DNA from: Archaeoglobus fulgidus DSM 4304
GTDB lineage: Archaea; Halobacteriota; Archaeoglobi; Archaeoglobales; Archaeoglobaceae
Assembly: GCF_000008665.1 (NCBI RefSeq)
Contig: NC_000917.1
Span: 480,001-512,000, forward strand
DNA length: 32,000 nucleotides
Direction: 5' to 3'
The notes beneath the pieces were generated by a model. That model saw only the letters and a program-made list of their open reading frames with translations. It was not told the DNA's origin and did no database searches. Position numbers and translations under genes: made by a program. Shown here in pieces: positions 1 to 7,914 of this stretch (within the stretch, counting starts at the first letter, position 1; each line of letters opens with the position of its first letter).

Positions 1-528
1 CTTTATGTTCTCCCTGGCTATCTCCGCCATCTCCTTGGCAAACTCTTCCCCTACAATGGGAGCGAGAACCTCATATCCCTCAAAAGCAGCCTCCTCGAAG
101 GCGGAGTAAACGGAATCGTACTCCTTCATGAGTTTCTTCCCGATTTTCTCAAGCTCCTTGAAATCGATATTCAGCTTTTCGCCGATTATTTCGAGCCACT
201 TGAATGCCTTCATCTCGTTCTTCCACTGCTGAAGCTTCTCCCTTCTCTGCCTCTCGTTGACGTCCTTTATCGAGAGGTCAATGTGCCCTCTTTTCGGATT
301 TACATCGAGTACCTTGCATATTACCTTCTGTCCTTTTTTGACGTGCTCCCTGATGTCCTTAATCCAACCTGACGCGACCTCGCTAATGTGAACCATCCCT
401 TCTCTGCCCTCGTACTCATCAAGGGAAACAAAGGCTCCAAAATCGAGCACCCTCTTAACCGTTCCTATGACAATCTCGCCCTTAGAAGGATAACCACTTC
501 TCTTTATGATTAGCCTCTTTTCTTTCAT
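1..528 (-). CDS. eif2a: translation initiation factor aIF-2 alpha subunit (first 176 codons; 3' end runs off the window start)
   Basis: This ORF is absent from the ORF track because it is open to the window edge. My reverse-strand translation from the ATG (complement of 526-528) reads MKEKRLIIKRSGYPSKGEIVIGTVKRVLDFGAFVSLDEYEGREGMVHISEVASGWIKDIREHVKKGQKVICKVLDVNPKRGHIDLSIKDV... That is an S1/OB fold followed by the helical domain typical of e/aIF2-alpha. A purine-rich RBS (GGAAGGGAGAAGG) lies directly upstream. Confidence 0.9.
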   Translation of the reverse strand, partial: MKEKRLIIKRSGYPSKGEIVIGTVKRVLDFGAFVSLDEYEGREGMVHISEVASGWIKDIREHVKKGQKVICKVLDVNPKRGHIDLSIKDVNERQRREKLQQWKNEMKAFKWLEIIGEKLNIDFKELEKIGKKLMKEYDSVYSAFEEAAFEGYEVLAPIVGEEFAKEMAEIARENIK

Positions 529-564
529 CCTTCTCCCTTCCTATTTCAGTGAATTTAAATATTG

Positions 565-1263
565 TTACCACGGCAGTTCGGAGGCATTAAAAACCGGCCC
601 ATCAGCGCAAACTCTCAGACCATTCTCTATCACGCAAGAGCCACAAACACCAATGCCGCACCTCATGTACCTTTCAAGCGAGAACTCAGCCTTGTCAAGT
701 GCATCCCTCTCCTTCAAAAAGTCGTATGTTGCTCTCAGCATCCCCTCGCTTCCGCAAACGTAGATTTTTTCGTATTCATCGAGCTTTTCAAGCTTTAGGG
801 CATCTAAAACGGTTCCCTTTAAACCAAAACTTCCGTCCTCGGTTGTAACCGTGATTCTGTCAAATTTATCAAGCCAAAATAAGTTTTTGGCGGTTCTCTC
901 GCCATAAACAACACTCACTTTTGAGCCGCATTTCATCAGGTACTCGTAAAGATACTTCATTGGTGCAATTCCAATACCCCCCGCAACGATAAGGGCGCGC
1001 TTTGATGGCGTGAAGGCGCTGCCGAACGCACCCCTTACACCGACATACTGCCCCTCTTTTGCATTAATCAGACTTGCGGTGGTCTCGCCAACGGCCTTCA
1101 CCGTTACCGAATTTGAGGAGGATAGGCTGAGTGGTATTTCCTCACAACCCGGAACGTAAACCATTACGAACTGACCGGGGTAAGACCGCAGGCTGATACT
1201 GAAGTACAGTGTAGCCACCTCGTCAGTTAATCGCTCAATTTGCGTGATTCTTGTATAGTACAT
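565..1263 (-). CDS. PyrK-family FAD/NAD(P)-binding oxidoreductase with a C-terminal 2Fe-2S motif (resembles the dihydroorotate dehydrogenase electron-transfer subunit)
   Basis: The 232-aa ORF has an FNR-like fold signature (RxYS-like 'LRSYPGQFVMV' and 'IVAGGIGIAPM'). Its C-terminal cluster motif is 'RYMRCGIGVCGSCV...VCADGPVF', as in PyrK, AsrB and HydG-type subunits. No pyrD is adjacent, so the physiological partner is uncertain. Confidence 0.75.
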   Translation of the reverse strand: MYYTRITQIERLTDEVATLYFSISLRSYPGQFVMVYVPGCEEIPLSLSSSNSVTVKAVGETTASLINAKEGQYVGVRGAFGSAFTPSKRALIVAGGIGIAPMKYLYEYLMKCGSKVSVVYGERTAKNLFWLDKFDRITVTTEDGSFGLKGTVLDALKLEKLDEYEKIYVCGSEGMLRATYDFLKERDALDKAEFSLERYMRCGIGVCGSCVIENGLRVCADGPVFNASELPW

Positions 1264-1331
1264 GCCCCCGCCTCGACAGCAACATTTATAAAGATATTCG
1301 GAAAATCTTAAACAGTTAATTGTTTAGTTTG

Positions 1332-1350
1332 ATTGCAACTAAGTTGCAAT
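1332..1350. promoter_or_regulatory. perfect inverted repeat ATTGCAAC-TAA-GTTGCAAT in the divergent intergenic region; candidate operator
   Basis: I read it directly: 8-bp arms with a 3-bp spacer. It lies between the PyrK-like start (1263, minus strand) and the wHTH gene start (1444, plus strand). Confidence 0.35.
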
Positions 1351-1410
1351 GCTTTTACCATAATATGAAATTGTACCAAAGGTTTGTACTCATAACTGGT
1401 AACTTTTTGG

Positions 1411-1424
1411 AAAAGCTTAAATAC
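1411..1424 (+). promoter_or_regulatory. BRE/TATA promoter (AAAAGCTTAAATAC) for the wHTH gene; probably a leaderless transcript
   Basis: The TATA centre lies about 25 nt upstream of the ATG at 1444. The same AAAGCTT+A/T-rich box recurs before other first-in-operon genes in this window (9014, 12002). Confidence 0.45.
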
Positions 1425-1443
1425 AAGTGCATCTTAATAGCAC

Positions 1444-1668
1444 ATGATGATGACCGACCTACCCGAAAACATACGCAAAACTGCTGTGGCTCTGCTTAGG
1501 CTTGGGGAGGCAACTGCTGAGGACATAGCCAAAATTACCGGGCGTAAAAGGTCCACGGAAAGCTACTACCTGAACCTGATGGCTGACTTGAAGCTTGTCA
1601 AGAAAAAGAAGGTTGGTCGAAAAATCTACTTCATCTTCAACTCTCGCGACCAAGAAAAAAGGCAATAG
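1444..1668 (+). CDS. small winged-helix DNA-binding protein (ArsR/TrmB-like minimal wHTH)
   Basis: The 74-aa ORF reads '...AVALLRLGEATAEDIAKITGRKRSTESYYLNLMADLKLVKKKKVGRKIYF'. That fits helix-turn-helix plus beta-wing spacing. The antisense ORF 1459..1665 has no motif. Confidence 0.6.
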   Translation: MMMTDLPENIRKTAVALLRLGEATAEDIAKITGRKRSTESYYLNLMADLKLVKKKKVGRKIYFIFNSRDQEKRQ

Positions 1669-2295
1669 TCCGTTTTTTGAAGGGTCACTTTTTCAGGTTG
1701 TTGGTTGTAGTTATGCTGATTTGATTATTATTGCAGTTTAATTTATAAGTTATTTAATTCTTTAATATACCATAAAAATAATTTTTTTATTAAATTTTGT
1801 GATATTATAATAGGCTTTAAAAAATAAAAAAATCCACCGATATTTTAGCAATATAATTATACATCTTGTCTAAAATTATGTTACACAATTTTTGTAACAA
1901 AAATTTTTAGGATTTCCTAAAACATAAAGAAAGAGTAACTCAGTTGTTTCAAAAATTATGTGAATAAGGGAATTCGGATGTGTTTAATGGGGGGTAACTG
2001 CAAAAATTGCCAAGGTTGTGGTATTTATCATGAATTGTATATTGTCTAGTTACAAATTTTGTAGAATGGCATTTTGTGAGATATTTAATTAAATTCAAAT
2101 AAATACTAAGTTAAAAATTTTTTGACTTCTAAGTATATTTTAAATCAATCGAGGTTTTATATATATCTTTTGTGTCTTTTAAAAATTCCTATATCTTATT
2201 TTAAGTTTAATTTTTCATTGAAATTAAAAAAATAAAATAATACATAACGTATTAAAAATCAAAGTGCTTATTAACAAAGATGTCGTAGAAAAGTT
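1669..2295. other. 627-bp strongly AT-rich non-coding region upstream of gyrB, with oligo-T terminator runs at its 5' end and several palindromes
   Basis: The track shows no ORF of 60 aa or more on either strand. Base composition is visibly far below the ~48% GC of the flanking genes. T-runs at 1672-1679 and 1689-1695 follow the wHTH stop. Confidence 0.6.
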
Positions 2296-4180
2296 GTGAG
2301 TCCTGATCAGACGGCTGTTGAGTACACGGCAAAGGATATCGAAGTTCTTGACGACCTCGAAGCTGTAAGGAAGAGGCCTGGAATGTATATCGGTGGAGTA
2401 GGAGTGCGTGGACTTCATCACCTTCTTTGGGAGGTGGTTGATAATGCGGTTGATGAGGCCCTTGCGGGTTACTGCGATACAATAAAAGTGAGTCTTCACA
2501 AAGATGGCTCGGCATCGGTAGAGGATAACGGGCGAGGCATACCTACGGAAATGCACGAGTTAGGCAAATCAGCGCTTGAAATAGTGATGACGAAGCTTCA
2601 CGCTGGGGGAAAGTTCTCGAAGAAGGTTTACCGCGTTTCCGGGGGCTTGCACGGAGTTGGTGTATCGGTTGTTAACGCACTCTCGGAGTGGCTGGAGGTG
2701 TGGGTCAAAAGAAACGGTAAAATCTACTACCAGAAGTATCAGCGCGGAAGCCGGTCACCGAACTGAAGTTCTTGGAGAGACGAAAGAGCACGGCACTACG
2801 GTGAGGTTCAAGCCGGACAGGGAGATTTTCGAAACGACGGAATTCAAGTATGAGATAGTGGCCCAGCGCCTGAAGGAGCTCGCGTATCTCAACCGCGGAT
2901 TGAAGATTATACTATTCGATGAAAGGGAGGGTAAGGAAGAGACGTTCCACTTTGAAGACGGGATAATCGGTCTTGTGAGGAGCCTAAACAGGAATCGAAA
3001 GCCTCTCCATGAGCCCATTTACATTGAGACCACTAAGGACGGAGTGAGTGTTGAGGTCGCAATTCAGTTCACGGATTCGGATGTCGAGAACATTCAGGCT
3101 TTCGCCAACAACATCAACACGTCAGAAGGTGGCTCCCACGTCGTAGGCTTTAGAGCGGGGCTTACAAGAGCGGTAAACGAGTACGGCAAAAAGCACCTCA
3201 AAAAGTTTGAGCCTGTCACCGGAGTTGACATAAGGGAGGGGCTTACGGCTGTTATAAGCGTCAAAGTTCCTGAACCGCAGTTTGAAGGGCAGACAAAGAC
3301 CAAGCTCACGAACAGCGACGTCAAGACTGTCGTCGAGTCTGCGGTTTACTCGGGAGTTTTAAGGTGGCTTGAAGAGAATCCGGCTCAGGCTGAGACGCTT
3401 CTCAATAAGTTTATTTTGAATAAAAAGGCAAGGGAGGCTGCGAAGAGGGCCAAGGAACTTGTAAAGAGGAAGAACGAGCTGATTACAACCCTGCCCGGAA
3501 AACTCGCCGACTGCTCATCGAAGAATCCTGAGGAGAGGGAGCTTTTCATAGTTGAGGGCGAGTCTGCCGGGGGTTCAGCTAAGCAGGCAAGGGACAGAAG
3601 ATTTCAGGCAATCCTTCCGATAAAGGGGAAGATTATAAACGTCGAAAAGGCGGGAATGGCCAGAGTGCTTAAAAATGACGAGATTAAGGCCATAATCTCA
3701 GCCATAGGTGCTGGGATCGGAAAGGATTTCGACATAACAAAGGCAAGATACCGCAGAATCATAATAATGACTGACGCTGACGTCGATGGGGCACACATAA
3801 GGACGCTGCTGCTGACCTTCTTTTACAGGTACATGAGGCCACTGATAGAGAGCGGCTACCTCTACATAGCCCAGCCCCCGCTGTATCAGATAAAGAAGGG
3901 GAAGAAGAGCTACTATGCCTACTCCGACGAAGAGCTGAAGAGGACGCTGGAGCAGGTTGGTGGTGGAGAGGTGCAGAGGTACAAGGGTTTGGGAGAGATG
4001 AACCCGCAGCAACTCTGGGAAACTACGATGAACCCGGAAAACAGAATTTTGATCCAGGTAACTCTTGAGGATGCCAAAAGGGCAGACGAGCTTTTCAGCA
4101 TTCTCATGGGCGAGGATGTGGAGAGCAGGAGGAACTTCATAATGGCCCACTCGAAAGAGGTGAAGAACCTTGACATTTGA
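2296..4180 (+). pseudogene. gyrB: DNA gyrase subunit B; the reading frame is interrupted as sequenced (two apparent 1-nt deletions at about 2748 and 2768)
   Basis: ORFs 2296..2766 and 2657..4180 together make a complete GyrB. They carry the GHKL motifs 'EVVDNAVDE', 'DNGRGIP' and 'GGLHGVG', the TOPRIM motifs 'VEGESAGGSAK' and 'IMTDADVDGAHI', and the tail 'YKGLGEMNP'. The third frame across 2748-2768 encodes KPVTELK, which bridges '...YQKYQRG' to 'VLGETKEHGTTVRFKPD'. Confidence 0.9.
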
Positions 4181-4931
4181 GAAATACAGCAGGCAGATTA
4201 TGATTTTTGGGGAGGAGGGACAGAGAAGGTTGAGCAAAGCCAAGGTTCTTGTGGTCGGCGCGGGGGGTCTTGGTAGCCCGGTAATAGCCTACCTCGCAGC
4301 AGCGGGCGTGGGAAAAATTGGGATAGTTGATGGCGACACAGTCGAGGTTTCCAATTTGCAAAGGCAAATTATACACGCTGGGAATCTCGGGGAAAATAAG
4401 GCGGAGTCGGCCGCAGAATTTGTGAAGAAGCTCAACCCCGACGTTGAGGTGGATGTTTACCCCTTCTCAATAACTCCCGAAAACGTTCTTGAGGTCGTTG
4501 AGCGATACGACGTTGTTGCGGGCTGCCCCGACAGCTTCAGGAGCAGGTTTTTGCTGAACGATGCTTGCATGATTTTAAAAAAGACGTTCGTCCATGCGGC
4601 CGTGTATGCATGGGAAGGGGAGGTGGCAACCTTCACGGGAAAGCCGTGCTACAGATGCTACATTCCGAAATCACCTGAAGAGAGTGGAAGGGCCATATTA
4701 GGAGCTACTGCCGGGGCATTTGGCTGTTTGCAGGCGGCAGAGGTAATTAAAATCATCACCGGAAGTGGTGAACCGCTCATCGGAAGGCTGATAAGGGGAA
4801 ACCTTGCCGAGATGGAGTTCTTCACAATCAACATTCCTGAGAGGGATGACTGTCCTGTTTGCTCAGGAAGGCTGAAAGGTATTTTCGACGAAAACTACGT
4901 TGATGATTGCACAATCAGACGCCTTGAGTGA
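4170..4931 (+). CDS. ThiF/MoeB/HesA-family E1-like adenylyltransferase, paralogue 1
   Basis: The 253-aa ORF carries 'YSRQI', the nucleotide loop 'VVGAGGLGSP', and two CxxC pairs (CYRC, CPVC). The TTG start at 4170 keeps the conserved YSRQ motif and overlaps the gyrB stop by 11 nt. There is no rhodanese domain. The crossover-loop Cys present in paralogue 2 is absent here. Confidence 0.85.
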   Translation: MTFEKYSRQIMIFGEEGQRRLSKAKVLVVGAGGLGSPVIAYLAAAGVGKIGIVDGDTVEVSNLQRQIIHAGNLGENKAESAAEFVKKLNPDVEVDVYPFSITPENVLEVVERYDVVAGCPDSFRSRFLLNDACMILKKTFVHAAVYAWEGEVATFTGKPCYRCYIPKSPEESGRAILGATAGAFGCLQAAEVIKIITGSGEPLIGRLIRGNLAEMEFFTINIPERDDCPVCSGRLKGIFDENYVDDCTIRRLE

Positions 4932-4999
4932 TTTATCAAACTCAAAAATGTATTATTTGGCCGAAACATATTTATTGCAGAGTTGAGAAGTCAATAAGT

Positions 5000-6223
5000 A
5001 TGACTACAATTAACTTTCTTGGAGGATGTAGAGAGGTTGGAAGGTCAGCGGTTATGGTAGATGGTATTATGATTGATTACGGTGTAAAACCTTCTGACCC
5101 TCCTGAATTTCCGTTGAATGGTTTATCCCCAAGGGCTGTAATTCTCTCACACGGTCATCTCGACCACATCGGGGTTGCTCCGAACCTAATGTACTACGAC
5201 CCTGAGGTCATTCTCACCCCTCCATCTCACGAGCTTTCAATGATACTGCTGAGGGACTCGATGAAGATAATGCACCCCCCTCCCTTCACCAAGAGAGAGC
5301 TTAGGCAGTTTGAGAGCAACATAAGGGAGGTTGAGTACGAGGAGCCGATAACAGTGGGAGATTACGAGGTTGAGTTTTTCAATGCCGGCCACATTCCGGG
5401 TAGTGCAAGCATCCACATGAGAGGGGATGTAAACATTCTCTACTCAGGAGACATCAGGCTTGAGGAGACGAGGCTGCTTGAGGGGGCCAATACGGACTAT
5501 CCCGAGACGGACATACTTATTGTCGAGAGCACTTACTTCGGGACTGAGCACCCTGACAGAAAGGAGCTTGAAAGAGCCTTTGTTGAGAGCGTGATTGACA
5601 CACTTGATATGGGGGGTCATGCGATCATCCCCGCCTTTGCGGTTGGGAGGACTCAGGAAGTTCTGATGATCCTCGAAAGGTACGGAATAACTCCCTATGT
5701 AGACGGAATGGGTAAGGAGGTTGCGCAGGTTATTCAGAGGCATCCTGACTTTATCAGAAGCCCGAAGGAGCTCAAGAGGGCCGTTAGAAACGCAATCCCC
5801 GTCGAGTGGAGGCAGAGGGAAAGAGTGCTGGAGGAGCCGTCAGCCGTTGTGACTACTGCCGGAATGCTCAACGGCGGTCCAGCGATGTTCTACATATCGA
5901 GGCTCTACAACGACGAGAAGTCGAAGATACTGCTCACGGGCTACCAAGTAGAGGGGACAAACGGGGACATGGCACTAAAAACGGGCATGCTAAACCTCGG
6001 AACAAGGGTCGTGAAGCTTAAAATGGGTGTCGAGCAGTACGACTTCTCCGCGCATGCGGACGACAGGCAGCTGAAGGAGTACGTTAAGAGGGTTGTTGAC
6101 AGAGGGGCAGAGGTCGTCTTCACAATTCATGGTGAAGAGACGGAGGCGTTTGCAGAGTGGATTAAGGACAACATTGGAGTTGAAGCGTACGCACCGAAGA
6201 ACGGAGAAATCTACGTAATATGA
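5000..6223 (+). CDS. beta-CASP family metallo-beta-lactamase RNase (aCPSF2-like, no KH domains)
   Basis: The ORF has 'LSHGHLDHIG' (HxHxDH) and beta-CASP motifs A, B and C ('ESTYFG', 'FSAHAD', 'TIHGE'). I prefer the ATG at 5000 ('MTTINFLGG') over the GTG at 4928 given in the track. Confidence 0.85.
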   Translation: MTTINFLGGCREVGRSAVMVDGIMIDYGVKPSDPPEFPLNGLSPRAVILSHGHLDHIGVAPNLMYYDPEVILTPPSHELSMILLRDSMKIMHPPPFTKRELRQFESNIREVEYEEPITVGDYEVEFFNAGHIPGSASIHMRGDVNILYSGDIRLEETRLLEGANTDYPETDILIVESTYFGTEHPDRKELERAFVESVIDTLDMGGHAIIPAFAVGRTQEVLMILERYGITPYVDGMGKEVAQVIQRHPDFIRSPKELKRAVRNAIPVEWRQRERVLEEPSAVVTTAGMLNGGPAMFYISRLYNDEKSKILLTGYQVEGTNGDMALKTGMLNLGTRVVKLKMGVEQYDFSAHADDRQLKEYVKRVVDRGAEVVFTIHGEETEAFAEWIKDNIGVEAYAPKNGEIYVI

Positions 6224-6840
6224 GGGTGCTTCTTCTTTCCGACATTCATTCTTCAACGCAAAACCTTGAAAAAATTCTGAAAGCCGCCGAATACGATGCT
6301 GTTTTCATCGCCGGAGACCTCACGCAATTTAGGCCGAAGGATGCCAAGGTGGTTGATGAAATTATTTCTGAACAAACTGACTCATGCCTTGCCGTGCACG
6401 GTAACTGCGACCATGAGGCAATCTTGGGTGAGAAATACAAGGCTTTAAAGTTCATTCACGGCAAAAGCGTTGAGTTTGACGGCTACACAGTTCACGGGGT
6501 TGGTGGCTCCGGAATTACGCCCTTCAACACGCCGTCAGAGTACACTGAGCGGGAAATTCTTGAAATCATGGACAACTTTGTACTCAGAGATTTCAACATT
6601 CTCCTCTCTCACTGTCCTCCAAAGGGGTTTCTTGACAGGACCTACTCAGGAGTGCACGCTGGCTGTGAGGCGATAAGAGAGAGAATGATAGAGTTTGACG
6701 TAATTCTATGCGGCCATATCCACGAAAGTCACGGAGTAGTGGATTCACCCCAACTCATCGTCAACCCTGGCCCGGTGATGTGGGGGAGGTTTGCGGTCAT
6801 CGATGTGGAGAAGAAGGTGGTGGAGCTCAGGAAACTCTGA
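6220..6840 (+). CDS. calcineurin-like metallophosphoesterase (MJ0936/YfcE-like)
   Basis: The motifs are 'LLLSDIHS', 'AGDLT', 'HGNCD' and 'CGHIHESHG'. Its start overlaps the beta-CASP stop in an ATGA junction. Confidence 0.8.
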   Translation: MRVLLLSDIHSSTQNLEKILKAAEYDAVFIAGDLTQFRPKDAKVVDEIISEQTDSCLAVHGNCDHEAILGEKYKALKFIHGKSVEFDGYTVHGVGGSGITPFNTPSEYTEREILEIMDNFVLRDFNILLSHCPPKGFLDRTYSGVHAGCEAIRERMIEFDVILCGHIHESHGVVDSPQLIVNPGPVMWGRFAVIDVEKKVVELRKL

Positions 6841-7786
6841 AGTACCTAATCTCACCATTCTCCTCCTTCTTACCGACAAGTCCTTTGTGGTACAGGTGTT
6901 CTAAATGGGCAATGGTCTCACCGACGGCAAACCATTTCTGCACGACGTGCACGTCTGCCCACTTTGTATAAACCAAATCCCATGTTATGCTCGGTGCAAC
7001 CTCCCAGGCTGTTTTCGGCGTATTCAGGGCAGATAACGCTTCCCGAAGTCTTTTGGAGTGGTGCTTTTTAATCTCCTCCACTCTGGTTTTCAGGTCGTTC
7101 CACCTACGCCTGTGGCCAGGAAGAACGAGTTTTACGTCCAGATTTTCGACTTTCTCAAGGCTTTGCAGGTAGCTCGAGAGCGAATCCTCGAGGAAAGGCC
7201 ACCACGTTATGTTTGGTGTTATGTCTATCAGCACGTGGTCTCCAGAGAAGAATATCTTCCTGCTTTCGTCGTAAAGGCACGTATGGCCGGGAGAGTGGCC
7301 GGGGGTCTCGATGGCTTTGAGCCTGAAGCTGCCAACTCTAACCACTTCCCCAACTGCAACGAACTCGACATCGTCCTTAACCCAAAAATTCCTTCCCGGA
7401 TGAAGGGAGAGTATCTTCTCAGCTTCTTTTGCGGGAAATCCGTTTTTGATGTAAAATTTCAGCAAATCCCGCCAGTAATCCTCTTCAACCATCGTCTCCC
7501 TTACAATTTTGGCCTCGGTCTCTCCCATTAGGACTTCATCCGCAAGTTTTGCCGCCAAGCCCATGTGGTCCGCATGCATATGCGTGCAGAAAACTCTGAA
7601 GTTCCTCACATTCAGCTCTTCCAGGGCTCCCTTTATGCTTCTGTAGCACGATTCCCTGTTAAATCCCGTATCAATCAGCAGGGCTTCATCACCATCCATG
7701 ACAAGGTACGAATTGGTGTACCTGAGAGGGCTTCCCTTTAGTGGCACTTCTATTCTGTAGATGCCGTCAGCAATCCTTTCCACCAT
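6827..7786 (-). CDS. MBL-fold metallo-hydrolase
   Basis: The motifs are 'THMHADHMG' (HxHxDH), 'TPGHSPGH' and 'GDHV'. The internal ATG at 7786 ('MVERIADGIYRIEVPL') is preferred over the 344-aa track ORF. The 3' end overlaps the convergent phosphoesterase gene by 14 nt. Confidence 0.8.
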   Translation of the reverse strand: MVERIADGIYRIEVPLKGSPLRYTNSYLVMDGDEALLIDTGFNRESCYRSIKGALEELNVRNFRVFCTHMHADHMGLAAKLADEVLMGETEAKIVRETMVEEDYWRDLLKFYIKNGFPAKEAEKILSLHPGRNFWVKDDVEFVAVGEVVRVGSFRLKAIETPGHSPGHTCLYDESRKIFFSGDHVLIDITPNITWWPFLEDSLSSYLQSLEKVENLDVKLVLPGHRRRWNDLKTRVEEIKKHHSKRLREALSALNTPKTAWEVAPSITWDLVYTKWADVHVVQKWFAVGETIAHLEHLYHKGLVGKKEENGEIRYFRVS

Positions 7787-7914
7787 CCTTTCACCAACAT
7801 CGAAAAAAATTATAAGAATTTCTCTTCCATCAGAAGCACAGGAAGAGGGCGGAGCGAACAAAGAATTTATATACTATCTTGCATTGATAATTGAAAAAGA
7901 AATGGGGGATGTTC

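Noticed and set aside
1669-2295. The AT-rich spacer as a remnant mobile element, prophage attachment site or CRISPR leader
   Set aside because: There is no integrase or transposase and no flanking direct repeats. There are no tRNA targets and no repeat-spacer periodicity anywhere in the window.
2740-2775. Programmed ribosomal frameshifting in gyrB
   Set aside because: It would need two successive shifts 20 nt apart. I saw no slippery heptamer or downstream structure. Missing bases in short runs explain it more simply.
2224-4243. Minus-strand ORFs overlapping gyrB (2224..2556, 2252..2515, 2755..3018, 3094..3324, 3604..3798, 3698..4243, 3919..4176)
   Set aside because: All are antisense shadows of gyrB. 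None has recognisable domains. The plus-strand frames encode the full set of GyrB motifs.
4928-4999. N-terminal extension of the beta-CASP RNase from the GTG at 4928 ('MIYQTQKCIIWPKHIYCRVEKSIS')
   Set aside because: The extension is not family-like and overlaps the E1 stop. The conserved fold begins right after the ATG at 5000.
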